DNA from: Cyanobacteria bacterium P01_A01_bin.123 | Lineage (GTDB): Bacteria; Cyanobacteriota; Cyanobacteriia; Phormidesmidales; Phormidesmidaceae | Direction: 5' to 3' | DNA: 64,000 nt | Assembly (NCBI GenBank): GCA_039815185.1 | Contig: JBCBZT010000017.1 | Span: forward strand, 72,348-136,347 | Shown: positions 9,743-18,312 of the stretch, in pieces | How the letters are laid out: each line of letters begins with the position of its first letter | Position numbering within the stretch: the stretch's first letter is position 1 | Translations under genes and position numbers: made by a program | The notes under the pieces: generated by a model | Told to the model about the DNA's origin: nothing | Seen by the model: only the letters and a program-made list of their open reading frames with translations | The model's database searches: none

Positions 9743-11065
9743 TTGGCTTATCAGGTGGGCTTACTGGGGTTGGGGACAGTCGGGACAGGCACGGCTCAAA
9801 TTTTGACTGATGCAGCGGGGCGTTCTCCCTTAATTAGTGAAATTGAGATTGCTAAGGTAGGGGTTCGTAGCCTCGATAAAAACCGTGAGGTTGAGCTTCC
9901 AGCGGAGATGTTCACCACTGATTTAGACAGCATCGTCAGTGATCCAACAATTGATCTGGTCGTGGAGCTAATTGGCGGCCTAGAACCGGCGCGATCGCTA
10001 ATTTTAAGCGCGATCGCCCACGGTAAACATGTCGTCACGGCAAACAAAGCCGTGATTTCTCGCTTTGGGGATGAGATTTTTACAGCTGCGAATGCGGCTG
10101 GTGTTTACGTATTGCTGGAGGCAGCAGTCGGGGGCGGTATTCCGGTGATTCAACCCCTGAAACAAGCCTTAGGAGTGAACCGCATTCATGCGGTGACGGG
10201 CATCGTCAATGGCACCACCAACTACATTCTGACGCGGATGCAGCGAGAAGGCGGAGATTTTGCCCCCATCTTGGCTGATGCCCAGCGCTTGGGTTACGCC
10301 GAGGCAGACCCGACTGCTGATGTCGATGGATTAGATGCTGCCGACAAAATTGCGATTTTGGCATCCCTGGCCTTCGGCGGCCGGATTAAGCTCGATCAAG
10401 TGCACTGTGAAGGCATTCGCCAGGTGAGTGCGGCAGATATTGACTATGCCGACCAATTGGGATTTGTGATCAAGCTATTGGCGATCGCCAAACGCGACAC
10501 CTGCCCCCGCACCCAAGAGCAGCTTGACCAACTTCAAGTGCGCGTCCACCCTACCCTGGTGCCCGCTGAGCATCCTCTGGCGACTGTGAATGATGTGTTT
10601 AATGCGATTTTGGTGGAAGGTGATCCCTTGGGGCAGGTGATGTTTTTTGGCCCCGGTGCTGGTCAGGGGGCCACGGCTAGTGCGGTGGTGTCTGACGTGG
10701 TCAATATTGTCGCCACCCTCAAAGCCAATGCCGGCAATCCTCAACCCGGCGAAACCCTAAATCCGCTATTGGCTTGCTCCCACCAGCACTATTGCACCAT
10801 TAGCCCAATGGCCGATTTAATTAGTCGCTTTTATGTGCGCATCATTGCCAAAGACATGCCAGGGGTGATTGGTAACTTGGGGACTTGCTTCGGTCAGCAT
10901 GATGTCAGCATCGAGTCAGTGGTGCAAATCGATCGCCAGCAGCAGATGGCTGAAATCGTAGTGGTGACCCACGAGGTGCAAGAGGGCAACTTCCAGAACG
11001 CCTTAGCTGAAATTCGCACGTTTACAGACATCGACAGCATTCCCAGTTTGTTGAGGGTGCTTTAA
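9743..11065 (+). CDS. hom: Homoserine dehydrogenase with C-terminal ACT domain
   Basis: GLLGLGTVG, VVTANKA, EAAVGGGIP, NGTTNYIL and GYAEADP motifs, plus ACT DMPGVIG. TTG start. Confidence 0.95.
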   Translation: MAYQVGLLGLGTVGTGTAQILTDAAGRSPLISEIEIAKVGVRSLDKNREVELPAEMFTTDLDSIVSDPTIDLVVELIGGLEPARSLILSAIAHGKHVVTANKAVISRFGDEIFTAANAAGVYVLLEAAVGGGIPVIQPLKQALGVNRIHAVTGIVNGTTNYILTRMQREGGDFAPILADAQRLGYAEADPTADVDGLDAADKIAILASLAFGGRIKLDQVHCEGIRQVSAADIDYADQLGFVIKLLAIAKRDTCPRTQEQLDQLQVRVHPTLVPAEHPLATVNDVFNAILVEGDPLGQVMFFGPGAGQGATASAVVSDVVNIVATLKANAGNPQPGETLNPLLACSHQHYCTISPMADLISRFYVRIIAKDMPGVIGNLGTCFGQHDVSIESVVQIDRQQQMAEIVVVTHEVQEGNFQNALAEIRTFTDIDSIPSLLRVL

Positions 11066-11174
11066 GCGGAATCACAGGTGTGCCAATATAGGGATAACTG
11101 TAAAACTGTCCTATAGGGTTGACCTCACTTTTTCGCACACTGTATTCTTAGTTCAGGTGTGAGGAGCGAACAAG

Positions 11175-11220
11175 GAGCTCTGGGAGTCGAAACAAGGCAA
11201 GACGTCCCAGAGCTTTCTTA
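11175..11220. terminator. Hairpin between convergent hom and GGCT genes
   Basis: AGCTCTGGGA..TCCCAGAGCT 10-bp stem followed by TTCTT. Confidence 0.6.
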
Positions 11221-11298
11221 ATCTCAATTTTCTGTGGTCTTAGCGCTTCACCCAAAGAATTGCGATTGCATACGGCTTAATCGGCTGCTCGTTTGGAC

Positions 11299-11859
11299 TT
11301 ATGCTGACCGTCTGTTTGGATTGACCCAGGTTTTTTGCTGTAGGCCATGCATATGGTGAAACAGCTTCCAGCAGTATTGTTCAGGTAACCCACAGGTTAG
11401 TGCTCCTCGTAGGACGACGTTAAAGTACCAATCGTTGGGAGCAATTTCTTGGTTCAGTTTTTCCATTACGGTGTAGGTGCGGGTATGGTTGTACCGTTGC
11501 CCATTGCACACCACACTCACCTGCTCGCGGGAATAGCCTTCTTCTCGCTGATCGAGGGGATTGCTGAGTCGCCAAGGTAGGGCATAGAGGACGCCTTGTA
11601 CCTGAGCAGTGGAGTCTTTAACCACGTCTAGGACGCCGCAGTTGCGCCGCTGAGAGCGACGGTAAAACCCGAGTCGATAGCCTTTTAGGGTGGCGGGGCC
11701 AACCACATAGGCATGGGTCTGTTCACCCAGGGATCGCTTTAAATCGACTGGGCACATGCAAGACCCGTAGGCAAAGTAGTAAAACGTGGTTTCTAATGCC
11801 GTGGTGTGATGTACGGATACGCCTGGGGGGAGTTCTGAGCCAGAGGATTTTAACGCCAT
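11299..11859 (-). CDS. Gamma-glutamylcyclotransferase (AIG2-like)
   Basis: YFAYGS, VQGVLY, LDQREEGY and GALTCGLP..Y motifs. Confidence 0.85.
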   Translation of the reverse strand: MALKSSGSELPPGVSVHHTTALETTFYYFAYGSCMCPVDLKRSLGEQTHAYVVGPATLKGYRLGFYRRSQRRNCGVLDVVKDSTAQVQGVLYALPWRLSNPLDQREEGYSREQVSVVCNGQRYNHTRTYTVMEKLNQEIAPNDWYFNVVLRGALTCGLPEQYCWKLFHHMHGLQQKTWVNPNRRSA

Positions 11860-12042
11860 GGGGAACTAGGAAAAAGTAATGCAGATTGTGCTGAATTCTA
11901 ACAGAAATCCAAAGCTTGTTTTTGTAAACTACACTATCCCGATGGGTAAACCGGAGATTGTTTACACAGTGCAACGGTTGATAGCTTGGTGGTGGTTGTT
12001 ATGAGTAAACAGTCCCATTTGAAGTGCCTCAAATGGGACGTC

Positions 12043-12828
12043 TCAAAAAGGACTATGCTGTTGCCAAAAGGCATCAAATTTTTGGGGTTGAAGCATTCTC
12101 CAGGCGACCAAACCTGCCACACTCAGCGTGAACACGACAAGGACGAGGGAAATCAGTTGAGCAGCTATAGGTTGGCGCGATCGCGATCGCCCAGTCATTC
12201 CCTTAGTCTTAGGGCTCTTAGTCTTAGGGATTGAAGAGAGTGATGGCTTTGGAGCGGTTGCCTGATGAGGACTCTCAATTGGCTGAATTGTCGCAGGCGA
12301 TCGCGGGGTTGAGCGGGCTGCCGTTTGGGTCTGAGCCCGGCTTAGCATTTGAGTGATGCGATCAGGGCGTTGTCCACTCAAGCTCCACTGTTTCAAGCCG
12401 GGATAGGGAATGCCGCAGAGATTACTGGCCTCAAGCACCTTGAGCTTTTGAATCAGTGGTGGTGTATTCGAAATCAGGACTACGCCGCTATGGGGCTCTG
12501 CCCGAGTTAGGCCATAGACAGACTCCAAGATTGCGATTGTCTGCCGGGCTCGCTTGCTCAACCCTTGGCCGTCTGCAGGTTTCAGGGCAGGATGGGATTT
12601 GGGGTTGTCGTAGGTTTGCCAACCGCTAGTGGGGAAAAACCGAAAAAATTCCCTGGCTATGGTTTCTTGCGCTGGCTCGGGGGCACGATTGCAGAGGAAT
12701 CGCAATTCTTCAAACACCACCTTGGGTAAGTGACAAGTACCAAGCTTGCCAAACCGCTGCCATTCGCGAGTAGTCCCGGCCAACACTGCAGGGGTATCGA
12801 AGACAAGCAGCAGGATGGTTGGAGCCAT
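12043..12828 (-). CDS. PIN-like domain protein with C-terminal membrane anchor
   Basis: LVFDT..LPKVVFEEL PIN-like start, Pro/Ser/Lys linker, hydrophobic C-terminal helix. Confidence 0.6.
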   Translation of the reverse strand: MAPTILLLVFDTPAVLAGTTREWQRFGKLGTCHLPKVVFEELRFLCNRAPEPAQETIAREFFRFFPTSGWQTYDNPKSHPALKPADGQGLSKRARQTIAILESVYGLTRAEPHSGVVLISNTPPLIQKLKVLEASNLCGIPYPGLKQWSLSGQRPDRITQMLSRAQTQTAARSTPRSPATIQPIESPHQATAPKPSLSSIPKTKSPKTKGMTGRSRSRQPIAAQLISLVLVVFTLSVAGLVAWRMLQPQKFDAFWQQHSPF

Positions 12829-12889
12829 GGTTCAAGATCCTTGGGTAGTTTGCCTGCCGTTGCCCGAAAAATCCGGGGGTAAAGGTGCT

Positions 12890-14401
12890 CTACATGGCAA
12901 CAGCCCCAATGCCGAGCCGCCCAGCTAGGCTGGGAGTCAGGGGCAGCAATGTCACCAGCATCAAAAACAAGGCCAGCAGGGCTAGGGCAGCGCGGGCGTC
13001 GTCGGGTTCGGTCAGTTCATTGAGACCAGGGCGTTCTAAGTTGCGCTGCAAAAACAAAATCAGCACTGCCCAATACAGCGCCAGGGGATTGACTAAAGAG
13101 GCGATCGCCAAAACAATGATGGTCACGACTGTAGCCCGTCCGGCAATTTTGCGACCGTAGATGGCCTGCACCACACGGCCGCCATCCAGTTGGCCCGCTG
13201 GCATCAAGTTAATTGCTGTAATCACCAACCCCAGCCAGCCAATCACCATCAGCGGATGAACGTCCACTATCGCTTCTTGTAAGGCTGATCCCAAGACTAC
13301 GCGAGCTAAGGAGCCTACCAAGACGGACCCCTGAAAAAACTCCGTTGGCAATTGAAAATAACTGCCCGGATGGGATAATACCAATCCCAACAGCAGCATC
13401 ACTAAAGACAGTCCACCCCCTGCTGCTGGGCCTGCAAAAGACACATCAAACAGCACTGTGCGATTGGGCATGAGTGACTCAAATCGGGTCAACCCGCCAA
13501 AGGAGCCAATTTGCCAAGTGGGTAAGAAAAAGGGTGGACTCAGTTTGATTTTGTACTGTTGGGCCTTTACCCAGTGACCAATTTCGTGGGCAATCAACAC
13601 CGCCCATATCCCCAAGGCCACGGGCAACACCTCAGCCAATCGCTGGGGTTGTTCCAAAAAGTCAAATCCCATCAAAATACCGCTGGCTTCCAAGCTGGTG
13701 GCCAGGGTTGCAATTCCCATGACAACAGCCAAAATTTTCTGGGCGGTGGTAGTGGGTTGGGGATCGTTACTGCTGGGTAAAACCACCACCACCGGACGAT
13801 TCTCGGGTCCTTCGATCAGGAACAACCGATAGCGCTCCGCCAAACGATCTTCTAATAGTTGGGTTAGTTTGATCTGGGTTTCTTGGGGGTCGCCCCGCAG
13901 ATTTCCCTTAAAAATCGCCCCCTGCTGGTAGGGAATAGTTTCTGTCCGAAAGAACGTGTCAATGCCAAAGATGCCTTCTGCCGCTATTAGATCGTCTGGG
14001 GGAATGGGAATCAGCTCTGGATCGGTTGCGTCTGGTTGGGGGGACAGTTCCCCGGCAGTGTCGCCAATCGCTGTATTTGTATTTTCTGCCGCTGCGGTTT
14101 CCCCAGAGTGTTGATTAGCCAGGGCTGCTGCTCGCTGAGTCGTGAGTTCGTCCTTGCCCAGGACGCGTAATCGCCGTCCTAGATAGATGTACAACCCCGT
14201 CGACAAAATCACCATCAACAGCACACCAGCTAGATTGAGGTAAATACCAGCCGCAAATAGGCCAAAAAACAATAGCCAGGGTGCCATCAACACCACAGAC
14301 TGCAACCAAGCAAAAATGCCAAGCTTGCCGTAGGGTTTGGCCCGATAAAAGCCCCAAGCCAAAATGCCAAAGGCTGCTAGCAAAATTAGGAGAGTGATCA
14401 T
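12890..14401 (-). CDS. Site-2 protease (M50, EGY-like) membrane metalloprotease
   Basis: HEIGH, AGP and NLMPAGQLDGG motifs with multiple TMs. Start probably ATG at 14401. Confidence 0.9.
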   Translation of the reverse strand: MITLLILLAAFGILAWGFYRAKPYGKLGIFAWLQSVVLMAPWLLFFGLFAAGIYLNLAGVLLMVILSTGLYIYLGRRLRVLGKDELTTQRAAALANQHSGETAAAENTNTAIGDTAGELSPQPDATDPELIPIPPDDLIAAEGIFGIDTFFRTETIPYQQGAIFKGNLRGDPQETQIKLTQLLEDRLAERYRLFLIEGPENRPVVVVLPSSNDPQPTTTAQKILAVVMGIATLATSLEASGILMGFDFLEQPQRLAEVLPVALGIWAVLIAHEIGHWVKAQQYKIKLSPPFFLPTWQIGSFGGLTRFESLMPNRTVLFDVSFAGPAAGGGLSLVMLLLGLVLSHPGSYFQLPTEFFQGSVLVGSLARVVLGSALQEAIVDVHPLMVIGWLGLVITAINLMPAGQLDGGRVVQAIYGRKIAGRATVVTIIVLAIASLVNPLALYWAVLILFLQRNLERPGLNELTEPDDARAALALLALFLMLVTLLPLTPSLAGRLGIGAVAM

Positions 14402-14486
14402 GATGTAAACAAGGGACTCACACGCGGGAGAAAAATCGCCGTGACTAGCCAATAAACCACATCTGCTCTAGCGCCTTGAGTAAAGT

Positions 14487-14504
14487 GGGTCAAGGCCTTG
14501 ACCC
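14487..14504. promoter_or_regulatory. Perfect 18-bp palindrome in divergent promoter region
   Basis: GGGTCAAGGCCTTGACCC, with an extra half-site GGTCAAGG near 14534. Confidence 0.45.
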
Positions 14505-14683
14505 CTAAAAACGAAAACAACGGATTTGGATGTGGTCAAGGTTTAATCAGGCTATTGTTTATTCAGTTTAGAAGCACATTGGACTCCCTGCACTTTCTAA
14601 ATAACTGCGATTGGCCTGTCCTTGGGCTGATGTAGGTTTGGCTGGGAGTCGTTACTATCAAGCCAGGGGATTTTGGAGAGACT

Positions 14684-16330
14684 ATGCTCGCTTCTTCTAA
14701 TATGTCCCGCCAGGGCGAAATCATTGAGGTTGTGTTCCGCAACGGCTGGGACTACATGCGGCAGTTGCTCAGCGGCAGCAAAACCGATGAACCTGAGTTA
14801 CCGCCGCCGGCAGTGCTGTGCAATATCTTGATCGAGTTAGGGCCAGTATACGTAAAGCTAGGGCAGTTGCTCAGTACCCGCCCCGATTTATTGCCAACCA
14901 GTTACATCGAAGCGCTGAGTTCGCTTCAGTCTACGGTGCCAGCTATCCCTGCCTCAGAGATGGAGGGGTTTATTCGCCGGCAGTTACCCCGCCCCCCGGA
15001 GGAGATTTTTGCAACGTTAGACTATACCGCGATCGCGGCGGGCTCCATCGGCCAAACTCACCGTGCCACGCTCAAAGATGGTCGGGCCGTTGCCCTCAAA
15101 GCGCAGCGCCCAGGCATCGAACACCAGGTCGAGCGCGATATGGCCTTGATCCGTGATGTGGCCAAGTTGGTCTCAACGACACAGTTTGGGCAGCGCTATA
15201 ACGTGTTGTCCTTAGCCGATGAATTTGCCGAAGCCCTAAGTAATGAACTGGACTTTACCCAGGAAGCCACCTACACCGATCAACTACGGCTAAGTTTGAG
15301 CCGCACGAACTGGTATGACCCCAAGCGTCTAGTTGTCCCTCAGATCTATTGGGAACTGACCAGTCCTAAATTGATGGTGATGGAGTGGCTCAACGGTAAG
15401 CCAATACTGAAGGCTGCGATCGCCCAAGCAGAAACCTCCAGTGCCAAAACCCAACGGCAAGCCATCACCACCCTGCTGTTTCGCGCTTTTTTCAAGCAAT
15501 ATTTCATCGACGGATTTTTCCATGCCGATCCTCACCCCGGCAATATTTTCTATCTCGACGATGGTCGTGTTGCCCTACTCGATTGCGGTATGGTCGGTCG
15601 CCTCGATCCCCGCACCCGCGCCACGATGACCGATATGGTCTTGGCGATATTTAGCTGTGATGCCGAACGCTGTACCCAGCTTACGATGCAACTGGCTGAA
15701 CCCCTCCAACCGGTTAACCTAACGAGCTTAAAAAACGACTACGATCGCTTACTGACCCGCTACTACGGCCTCGACCTTGAAAAAATCAGTACAGCCGAAG
15801 TGTTCGGTGAACTGCTCGGAGCTGGGGTCAACAACCATCTTCGTTGGCCCGCAAACATTGGCCTATTCACCAAGTCCATTGCTAATCTGGAAGGCGCAGC
15901 CCGTCAGTTTGAACCCAAAATAAATTTGATGGCTGAAGTCCAGCCACTGATGCCCGATCTGCTCCGCCATCAGTTGATTGGGGATGATCCACTGCGTACT
16001 TTGCTGCGTACGGGCCTAGAATTTCGCAACTTGACTGTGGATTCCCCGCGCCAGTTTGGATTTATACTCGATCGCCTGAGCGAAGAAACCCTAAAGTGGA
16101 ACCTCAACATCCAGGGGGTAGACGGCCTCCGCAGCAGCATTGACAGAGCAGCCAATCGACGCTCATTTAGCACTGTGGTGGCTGCCTTGATTATTGGGGC
16201 AGCTGTTATTTCAACCGGGCAGCAATCGACCCAACTCCAATGGTTGAGTAATGGCCTGTTTGCAGCCGCTACGCTTCTAGGACTGTGGCTAGTGATCAGT
16301 ATTTTGCGTAGCGGCAATCTGCGCAGTTAA
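14684..16330 (+). CDS. ABC1/AarF/UbiB atypical kinase
   Basis: LGPVYVKLGQLLSTRPDLLP, AAGSIGQ, ELDF..E, FFHADPHPGN and LDCGMVG motifs, with two C-terminal TMs. Confidence 0.95.
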   Translation: MLASSNMSRQGEIIEVVFRNGWDYMRQLLSGSKTDEPELPPPAVLCNILIELGPVYVKLGQLLSTRPDLLPTSYIEALSSLQSTVPAIPASEMEGFIRRQLPRPPEEIFATLDYTAIAAGSIGQTHRATLKDGRAVALKAQRPGIEHQVERDMALIRDVAKLVSTTQFGQRYNVLSLADEFAEALSNELDFTQEATYTDQLRLSLSRTNWYDPKRLVVPQIYWELTSPKLMVMEWLNGKPILKAAIAQAETSSAKTQRQAITTLLFRAFFKQYFIDGFFHADPHPGNIFYLDDGRVALLDCGMVGRLDPRTRATMTDMVLAIFSCDAERCTQLTMQLAEPLQPVNLTSLKNDYDRLLTRYYGLDLEKISTAEVFGELLGAGVNNHLRWPANIGLFTKSIANLEGAARQFEPKINLMAEVQPLMPDLLRHQLIGDDPLRTLLRTGLEFRNLTVDSPRQFGFILDRLSEETLKWNLNIQGVDGLRSSIDRAANRRSFSTVVAALIIGAAVISTGQQSTQLQWLSNGLFAAATLLGLWLVISILRSGNLRS

Positions 16331-16400
16331 TCTGCTTAGAGATAAAGCACCTTCATGCTGCAATAGTGAAGATCCCTTACAGCTCAATCGACCCTGCTTC

Positions 16401-18071
16401 TTAGGCTTTGCGATCTGTCTGATTGTCTGCCTGATTTAAGACGAGCAAGTCGTTAGCGGCTTCCACCACCACCACCGGTAATGGACTGGTTGCCAAGACA
16501 GCTTGAGAAACGGACCCCACGATTACCTCATCCAGGGGGCGATGGCCGCGTTTACCGATGACAATTTCACTAACGCCGTGCGCTTGGGCTGTCCGCACAA
16601 TTGCTTCCGGCACCGATCCATCGGCGGTAATAACCCGATGGCGAATGTCAGCCAGGAGTTGCTTGGCCCGGTTGCGCAGCCGTCCCAACGCGGTGGGATC
16701 ATCGACCCGAATAACATGCAGCACGACCACTTCAGCATCACTGCGACGAGCGAGGTCGGCAGCTTTGGTCAGTACCTGAGTGGCTAGCGGAGAGGTATCC
16801 ACTGCCGCCAGCAAGATAACGCGATGGGAAACGGCGACTTTGGTCGGATCTACCTCACCGCGCTCCAGCAATTTGGGGGCAAATGTGGGAATTGCCCAGG
16901 CCCCCAACGGGGCAGTTACCAGAATGGATAGAGCAGCCAGCGCCAGAATCGTTTCTCCGCCGTCGATACCCTGGGCCAGAGGAACTGCCCCAATCGCAGC
17001 TTGTACTGTAGCTTTCGCCGAATTGCCCGACAGCAGAAACAGCCGCTCTTTCCAGTTCCAATTACTCCCTAGGGTAGACAGATACCACCCCAGCGATCGC
17101 CCGACTAGCGTCCCGATCGCTAGCACCAGCAAGCCGACCAGTAAGGTATTGCCGAGAACATCCAGTTGAATACTGGCCCCCAGCAGCACAAACAGAATGA
17201 TCTCGGCAATCACCCAAAGGCTATCAAAACCACCGCGCAATCGCCGCGCTAGGGGGGTATCCAGCTCAATCAGAAAAAATCCAGTGGCCATCACCGCTAA
17301 ATAGCCAGAGAACACCGGAAAATCATCTGCCAAGACCACTAGTAAGAGGGCAAAGCCCGCTGCCACTAAGGCATCCTGAACCGCATTTTGAGTCCAGTTT
17401 TGCTTTGCCAATAGCAATACCAGCATACGAGCTGTGACCCAGCCCAATAGCACCCCCAAAGCAATTTGGGTGATGATCTGAAACGGTAACAGTTGGATTG
17501 GGCTGAGGGTAAGACCACCTGGGAGGGACATGCCGATTGACGCATGTTGAGACAGAAACGCCAACAACAAGCTAAACACCAGCAGCAGCAGTACATCAGA
17601 GAGGGCACTGCCGGTCAAAATAGCATCCGGGATGCCTTTTTTGACCCCCCATCCCAGGCTTTTCAGCCGCAGCATTCCTGGTACGATCACCGCTGGCGAT
17701 TCGGCTCCAATCAGACAACCCAACAACAGCCCGGTAGCTACATCAAACTGGAACAGCCACATCGCCGCCAGGGTAATGGCGATCGCTTCACAGGTCGCTG
17801 GCAAAAATCCTAACCGTAGGGCCACCGATCCTTGCTGAGCCAGTTTTTCTCGGTCTAGCCCCAATCCTGCTTTCATCAAAATCACCATCACGGCAATGGT
17901 GCGCAGAGAATCTGATGCTCCCAAAACCGCTGGGCTAATGACGTTGCCCACCTGAGGGCCAATCACGATACCCACGAGCACCATGCCCACCAACCCAGGC
18001 GCTTTTAGCCGTCGAGCGATCTGCCCGACGAAAAAGCCCATCAGTAAAATCCAGATAATGCTTGCTAACAT
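16401..18071 (-). CDS. Cation:proton antiporter fused to a C-terminal universal stress protein domain
   Basis: Multi-TM with ESPAVIVP, SALSD and KATVQAAIG motifs. USP motifs LAAVDTS and IVIGKRG..IVGSVS. Confidence 0.9.
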   Translation of the reverse strand: MLASIIWILLMGFFVGQIARRLKAPGLVGMVLVGIVIGPQVGNVISPAVLGASDSLRTIAVMVILMKAGLGLDREKLAQQGSVALRLGFLPATCEAIAITLAAMWLFQFDVATGLLLGCLIGAESPAVIVPGMLRLKSLGWGVKKGIPDAILTGSALSDVLLLLVFSLLLAFLSQHASIGMSLPGGLTLSPIQLLPFQIITQIALGVLLGWVTARMLVLLLAKQNWTQNAVQDALVAAGFALLLVVLADDFPVFSGYLAVMATGFFLIELDTPLARRLRGGFDSLWVIAEIILFVLLGASIQLDVLGNTLLVGLLVLAIGTLVGRSLGWYLSTLGSNWNWKERLFLLSGNSAKATVQAAIGAVPLAQGIDGGETILALAALSILVTAPLGAWAIPTFAPKLLERGEVDPTKVAVSHRVILLAAVDTSPLATQVLTKAADLARRSDAEVVVLHVIRVDDPTALGRLRNRAKQLLADIRHRVITADGSVPEAIVRTAQAHGVSEIVIGKRGHRPLDEVIVGSVSQAVLATSPLPVVVVEAANDLLVLNQADNQTDRKA

Positions 18072-18250
18072 TACGCCACGTTGAGGTTATAGCGCTTCCC
18101 TGTTGGCTAAGGGACGAGTTTCAGGGCGAAAGGCTTTCGCCTTACAGCACTGTATACCCCATGCCAATGGCGTGGCTATAAATCGGTGAACCAACGTGGC
18201 TTGCAGCAGAGAGACTTGCTTGAGACGACTATAGCCCTACCCGTTCACCG
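18072..18250 (-). promoter_or_regulatory. Candidate cis-regulatory structured RNA leader (riboswitch-like) of antiporter
   Basis: Several overlapping inverted repeats, one of which pairs with the sequence 3 nt upstream of the ATG (see findings). Confidence 0.55.
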
Positions 18251-18312
18251 CAGGATAGGGTAACCCGTACGAACACCTTAAAGCGTTACCGGATGAAGCA
18301 TTAAGCCGGACA

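Noticed and set aside
18180..18250. c-di-AMP (ydaO) riboswitch, suggested by GGUGAA..GGUAGGGCUA
   Set aside because: The other hallmark segments (GCUGAAUC, GGGGGAACC, CCGUCAGCUAAC) are not present. Kept only as an unassigned structured leader.
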